From Nymphaea colorata (Eukaryota): a DNA stretch of 64,000 nucleotides. Made by a program: the position numbers and the translations under genes. The notes below the pieces were generated by a model. It was not told the DNA's origin. It was given only the letters and a program-made list of their open reading frames with translations, and did not search any database. This document shows positions 58,301 through 64,000 of this stretch, piece by piece; the stretch's first letter is position 1, and each line of letters starts with the position of its first letter. The stretch covers positions 38,440,001-38,504,000 of the forward strand of contig NC_045138.2 in NCBI RefSeq assembly GCF_008831285.2, given 5' to 3'.

Positions 58301-60197
58301 TAACTCATTAATACTGTCTAAAAACGGCACCATTTCATGCTCTATACCACACATATGATATATAACAATTACCAAGTATAATCATAAAGTCCACATCCTT
58401 CATCCATCAGATACAAAATAATTACAGATCACTGGAAGCACAAGCAGATATCCTTTTATCGGTCTATTTCAATGCTCCTGACCGCACTAGCCAGGATGTC
58501 TAGCTATCCACATCTTAGACTGACATGGTACTTTACTACCATTATAAGTATACAAATGCCAATCAAGACCTTGACTGTGCTTCTGTGATTTCTGACATAC
58601 TAGACAACTCAAAATCATTATGAATTGTTTTTCTTCTCTGGGCAACAAGATGACATTAGTTTGATAAAGCCAGCAGTGAACAAAATGCAGATACATTTAA
58701 AAATTAGTAGTATTTTATCTCATCCAAAATGTTCCAGTTGCTCTTAAAAAAGAGAAACATATACAATAAAAAAAAGCCTAATGACAATAGGTGCTCAGTC
58801 GCTCACCAAGACACCAACTGGCAGAGGGATACTTAAACCCAACAATGTGCATAAACAAATAGGACTTCATCAGTCCAATTGACATTATCAGTTTCGACTA
58901 AAATCTTCTAAAAGAATTTCATAGAAGAATACATGATACTGTTACCTCTGCATGACAACAATAACTTAGTCCAAAATCATGCATGGAGAGACAAGGCTTG
59001 ACATTTTATCAAACTATAGATCTGGAATTCCAAATATAAATCTCTAGGGAGTGAACAAGATTACCAGGTGATTAAAATTATATTAACTGAAAAACATCAC
59101 ATGTATCTAAAATAACAAAAGAACATCAAATAGCCAAAGATGCAAGGGGAATCCTTGACTGAGATGTCTTGAGGTAAAATCTTGCAAGGCACCTTTGGAA
59201 GACTTTACGAGCTCTTTTCCACTAGTTATGGTCTAAAATTACCTTTGAAATGGACCCAGTCCACGACTGCCGACAACAAGAAGATCAGGTTGGACACGCT
59301 TTATTTCACTGCAGACAACCTCTTTCGGGTCACCTTGCTTCATCCATGCTTCACAAGAAACCTTCAAGCATTGAAAATAACATATTTCATGTTAAAAGGA
59401 ACTCCTAATAAAGTGGACAGTTTACAAGGTTGAGAACCATAGGTAATTACTGCCATACAAAGGCTAGAATTAAGTTATTAACATATAATAGAATAATAGA
59501 ACCAAACTCATGGATCAAGCCAAGTGTTCCTACCCCAAGTTCATGGCAGCGTGAAACAAAGTACTCCAATAAATGAAGCCCTCTAACTTTGTCCCTGTGC
59601 CTAATATCTCGGAAGTCATCTGGCGATGCATAGACACTATCCATGTCATCAAATCCTACATGTAATCAAAGGCACATACTCTGTCATCAAGTATTCATCC
59701 AATCACAAGATATTATATATAAGGAAACCATATATTAAGTTAATCAAATCAGAGAAAGCATGGAATCACTTGATCAGAAAGTCAAACAAAATCAATAGCA
59801 ATGTCCCACATAGACATTCATCTGAGAAGGACAGCAAGATGAAATAGTCAGGCTATCTAATTGACGCAACCATTCTATTGGAAGATGAAGTTTCAATACA
59901 AGGAACGCCTGAATCAAGTATTATCCATGAACTTCAAAACAAGGGAACCTAAAAACTGAATTATAGAGAGGGATGATGCATCTCTAGTATACATCGTAGC
60001 ACTTTAGCACTTCATTATCTCCTACAGCGTGGAGACAAACAAAGAAGATTTCATAGAGATACAGCCAACTGAACCAATGTTATTGGCACTATTGCAGTAC
60101 CAAACCCCAAAGCATTGTCAAACATCTTGTTCTTGGGAAAACTCTTGATGTGTAAATTTCAACATATTTTAAAAACCAAGAAATGACAAGAGTTCAA

Positions 60198-60272
<75 letters not shown>

Positions 60273-61735
60273 TTCCTATCTTTTAGTTTAATCTTGCAAA
60301 TTTCCATCTTGTCTCATTCTTCTTTAGGGTCCTGAATAGGGGAAAAAAAGTGACGCCTAATGCATTTCTTCATAATGCATCCATCACCTAATGCAATTCC
60401 AAGTGAACGCCAGTACGAAAAAGCTTCACTCCAGCACCTTCCCTCCATCAAGTTCAAACAGATACAATCCCTTCAGCAATCATTTTAGCATATCCGTTCC
60501 TTCCAAATTGGCAAAGACAACATCTGCTTCCCCCATTCATAGAAAGCCTCAGCCTCAATCCTCTATCCTTTATTCCTTATTCTGCTGAGGAAAGAGAGTT
60601 TGGCAGCATACCTTAATTCAATTAGAGTTCTTGTGAGATAAATTCTTAAAATGATCAGAATAAAAAATAAAAAATAAAAAGGTCACGTACCCAATATAAA
60701 ATACCATACCAAGGACATACAGACAAGGAACAATTTCAAGAATTAGTGACCGGTAAAGATGCTCATAGTAATCGCAATTTTACCTTTCAGAAAAAGGAAA
60801 ATGTTACAAGATCTTATTAAACTGATGAAAACATAGGTATCAACGCGAAACACAAATAGAAAAAACAAAGGAAATAACTAATAAAACCGCGGTCCAACGT
60901 CAGGGATACGCGGTTCAGGAAGGATGAGGGGACGCGATATCCATCATCCTTCCATAATTTGGTATAAAGAACAAAATTGTTGATATGAATTTTTTCAGAA
61001 AGGAACATTCCTATATAGCCCACATGTATAACACGAAGATTAGTTGGATTACTTCGAGAGATCACCAATAGCCGATTGACATGTTTTTGGCAACAACACT
61101 GGAAACAAACACGCAAACTGGACAAGAAACAACTAAGAAATACAAAGCAAAGATATGCACATCAGAATTTACCAACAATGATAATACATCAAAATCATTG
61201 GCAAGAACACCAGAAACCAACATTCCTACATAAACAAAAAACAACCAAGAAGCACGAAGCAAATAACCTCGAGAGTACAAAAAACTCCAAGAACATCAAT
61301 CCTTCAAAAAACATTTGGCAACCGCAACCAAGATCGGCGTTCCCGTACGGGGAAAATACACCCACGGGACACGGAGGAAAAAGGTTCCAATTACAATAAA
61401 ATCATTCACCAAAACTCGCGTTTAGACAACAAGATTCATGAGAGAGAGAGAGAGGGAGACCCGGAAAAGAAGTACCAAGAACTAGAAGGAAAGCAGATGA
61501 AAGAGAATGAAGAGGCAACGGAAGATAAGTGGAAATGATTGGTACCATCTTCGTCAGTGACCTGGACGTGGAGGAAGAGTAGCTTGAAGTGGGAGGCGGA
61601 GGGGCTTCGTGGACGGACTATCTTCTTGATCACCCAATCGAATGCGTTCCTGCTGCTGATGGAAGGGTAGGGATAACCCTTCACCGTCGACTCGTTCACG
61701 CCCACCATGATCCTCGTCGGACTTTCCTCCACCAT
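54394..61735 (-). CDS. Universal stress protein A-like (adenine nucleotide alpha-hydrolase fold); exons 61735-61546, 59655-59534, 59361-59243, 54502-54394
   Basis: MVEESPTRIMVGVNESTVKGYPYPSISSRNAFDW...LLFLHVQVTDED/GFDDMDSVYASPDDF.../...GDPKEVVCSEIKRVQPDLLVVGSRGLGPFQR/VFVGTVSEFCTKHADCPVVVIKR carries the G-x2-G-x9-G(S/T) ATP-binding motif. Confidence 0.96.
55187..57540 (+). mobile_element. Decayed Ty1/copia LTR retrotransposon sequence in USP intron 3 (boundaries approximate)
   Basis: Two diverged LTR-like blocks (~55428-55737 and ~57222-57535) share GCATTTTGGTATTTGGTCAGT. PBS-like TGGTATTTGAGT at 55738. Integrase-like APLISKGGYSFCVIFVDDL (55995-56051) and IYILKYKATVL (56093-56125). Confidence 0.7.
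60204..60270. repeat. (TA)n microsatellite in USP intron 1
   Basis: Uninterrupted TA run of about 67 bp. Confidence 0.97.
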
Positions 61736-61751
61736 GGTTGCGGACTGCCCT

Positions 61752-61789
<38 letters not shown>

Positions 61790-63235
61790 GTCTCGAGCCT
61801 CGACTGTCGACGGCTGGCTTCCCCACTCCTATTTCAACTTTTTACGAGGCAAAAGATCACGAGTCGTAGCCCACGAGCTTTTGGCGCTACTACAGGACCG
61901 TGGATCACGTTACCGGCCAAAAAAATTGTATGTAACAAGAAATAACTAGAAAGAAACGATGATGGTCGCTGGCGACTGCCATCAACCAACGACCAGCAAT
62001 CTCCTAGACCCGATGATCAGAAAAGTGGAAGGAGATTCTGATCAATAATTCTTTGAGACCAATGTCCCGTGTTCGATATCTCAAACCGAGTCAAACCTTT
62101 TATGTAATATCGTCCTCTTTTTCAGACCAAATTGACGCATGGTACGTTGTTTATATCTATTATTTAAGATGTTCTATGATCTCATGGATCATGTTCGGAT
62201 GTTCTGAAGATAAATTATCTTAATATTTTTTCGGGACCATTTAACTTCATCTTATCCACATCTTGAGAAAAAGAAAGGCATAGACCTCTTTGAGAGGGGA
62301 ATTGTTCTCCATACCTGTGCAAGGTGGAGAGGCATCCGATGACACGACGTCTTTGAGACAAGTGTGGCCGAGATATTTCACCGGGATAAAAGGCACGTCC
62401 GATGAGGACGACAGAGGGAGAAAATTTCATTTATGCCTGGTCGAGAGTAGAAATGAGTTTTATCCCTAAAAAAATGTATATTCTCGTCGAACAATCCCAA
62501 CGTGAGATAGTGAAAACAGTATTTTAATCGAGCATCTGGGTGGATTCTCCAAGGGATGGTATATCTTTTTCATTAAGATCAACTTGACTCTAAGCTGATG
62601 ATGATGGTATATGCTTTTTGATTAAGATCAAGTCGACTATCAATAACTCTAGATACCCATCCAGTTGGGTTAATTATAAGCCTTTGAATTCTATAAACTA
62701 GACCCCAAAATATAATATAAAAACGATATTACTGGTGGAAAAGGAAGGAACACAGATGTTTAAATCTAGGAGCAACTAGAACACGACATCGTCAACATGT
62801 AACTCACGAAATTTAGTCAGAGTCTATAAACGCGAAATTATATGTGAAAGCTGTTTTTTGACCTTGGTCATTAAATAGGGAAGTCAAACACTCGATTGGG
62901 CACTCGACCTGGATGATCAGCTTTTACAATACCTTGAAAGTTGAAAGTCAGTTCCTGCCGGACATGAACAGTGGGTGCTCGGATCAGCTCACTTGGGTAG
63001 GGAAGCAGACAGTTTAGACGTGGCCTTGAGGTTTTTGCTTGTTGATTGATCCAAGTTTAGTTTCTAATTTTTTAAGCTGAAGCAAAATCTGAAGCTCACA
63101 TAATCCTGCTTTGACACAATGTTGGGGATTTTGTTGGAATATATAATATTCCCGCCTTATCGCACATCAAATATCTCCTTTTTCTTCATGTTTAACTTGC
63201 ATAATACGCATCATCCTCATCTTCCATGCTAATCA

Positions 63236-63416
63236 AGGGCGAAGCCAAGGTAGGACCTGCTTGGGCCCTGGCCTCACTCACCTCAATGTTTTTTTTAAAA
63301 AAAATTTACATGTAAATTTTAGAAAATTTTACTTATTTTATATAATAATTTTAAAAAATGATAGCCCTAGTCAAAATTTAAATACTTTAATTTGACTCGT
63401 CTCATGAAAAATGCTA
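63236..63416 (-). mobile_element. Inverted copy of the 23964 hAT-type MITE family
   Basis: Begins AGGGCGAAGCCA (TIR-like); contains AATTTACATGTAAATTTT, GTCAAAATTT and TCATGAAAAA, reverse-complementary to blocks in 23964-24151. Confidence 0.65.
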
Positions 63417-64000
63417 ATTATCTTTATATAGCTTAGTTACTGTTGATGAAAGGCCACAACAAGAAATGGCATGTCCTAAAGAGATGTCTTTGTATTTATG
63501 TCCATGTAAACAATATATACTTGAGAAAAAAGAGAAGGGCATGCATTCCATTTGCAGAGTTTTCTTTTCGAAACTGCTTATATACGACACAAAAAATTGT
63601 GTATCGAGAGCTGTAATGATCGGAATACCCTCGTAAGTAGAAAGGAGAGCCTCCCTAGGTAATGTAAAAGTTAAAAGTTCATGAAAGACATTTCTTTTTC
63701 AAAATCTCCAAATACCCTAAAAATCTGACATTCAAGAAGACCTTTTCTATGGACCAACCAATAAAAAGTGGGGGATGTGTCTTTGTCTGTAAAAAAAAGA
63801 GAAATAGAGAACGTCCTATAATTTCTCTACATGCAGTGGCATGGAGGTACATGGGTGGCCCACACCATCCCATCAAAAGTTTCATTGAAACCCTAAAAAC
63901 CTAGGATGGTTTCAATGAGGCTATGAACATTCTCCCACCAGATCTATTGGATTCAAGTGTGCAATCAAAGGCTCGGATACTCAAATTCAAATCCCACCAC

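Overview
AT-rich, intron-containing nuclear DNA from a flowering plant; the species cannot be determined from sequence alone. Eight spliced protein-coding genes were rebuilt exon by exon: (1) HUA1/C3H37-like CCCH zinc-finger gene (-, runs off the window start); (2) DREPP/PCaP1 (+); (3) MCM6 (-, 18 coding exons, E2F-site cluster upstream); (4) GW2/DA2 RING E3 ligase (+); (5) ICR/RIP ROP effector (+); (6) CacyBP/SIP CS-SGS protein (+); (7) katanin p60-like 2 AAA ATPase (-); (8) universal stress protein (-). Non-coding DNA holds hAT-type MITEs (three with readable 8-bp TSDs), a Tourist-like MITE, a decayed Ty1/copia element in a USP intron, many short tandem duplications and microsatellites. I found no evidence for a new multi-gene system. 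The strongest unusual signals concern splicing: a clear U12 (minor spliceosome) GT-AG intron in the katanin-like gene, three probable GC-AG introns, a possible U12-to-U2 converted intron in GW2/DA2, exon junctions that regenerate 5' splice sites in MCM6, and a duplicated splice acceptor in the ICR gene. A GC-richer segment at about 10.9-12.3 kb is unexplained. All exon coordinates were derived by hand and need RNA-seq confirmation.
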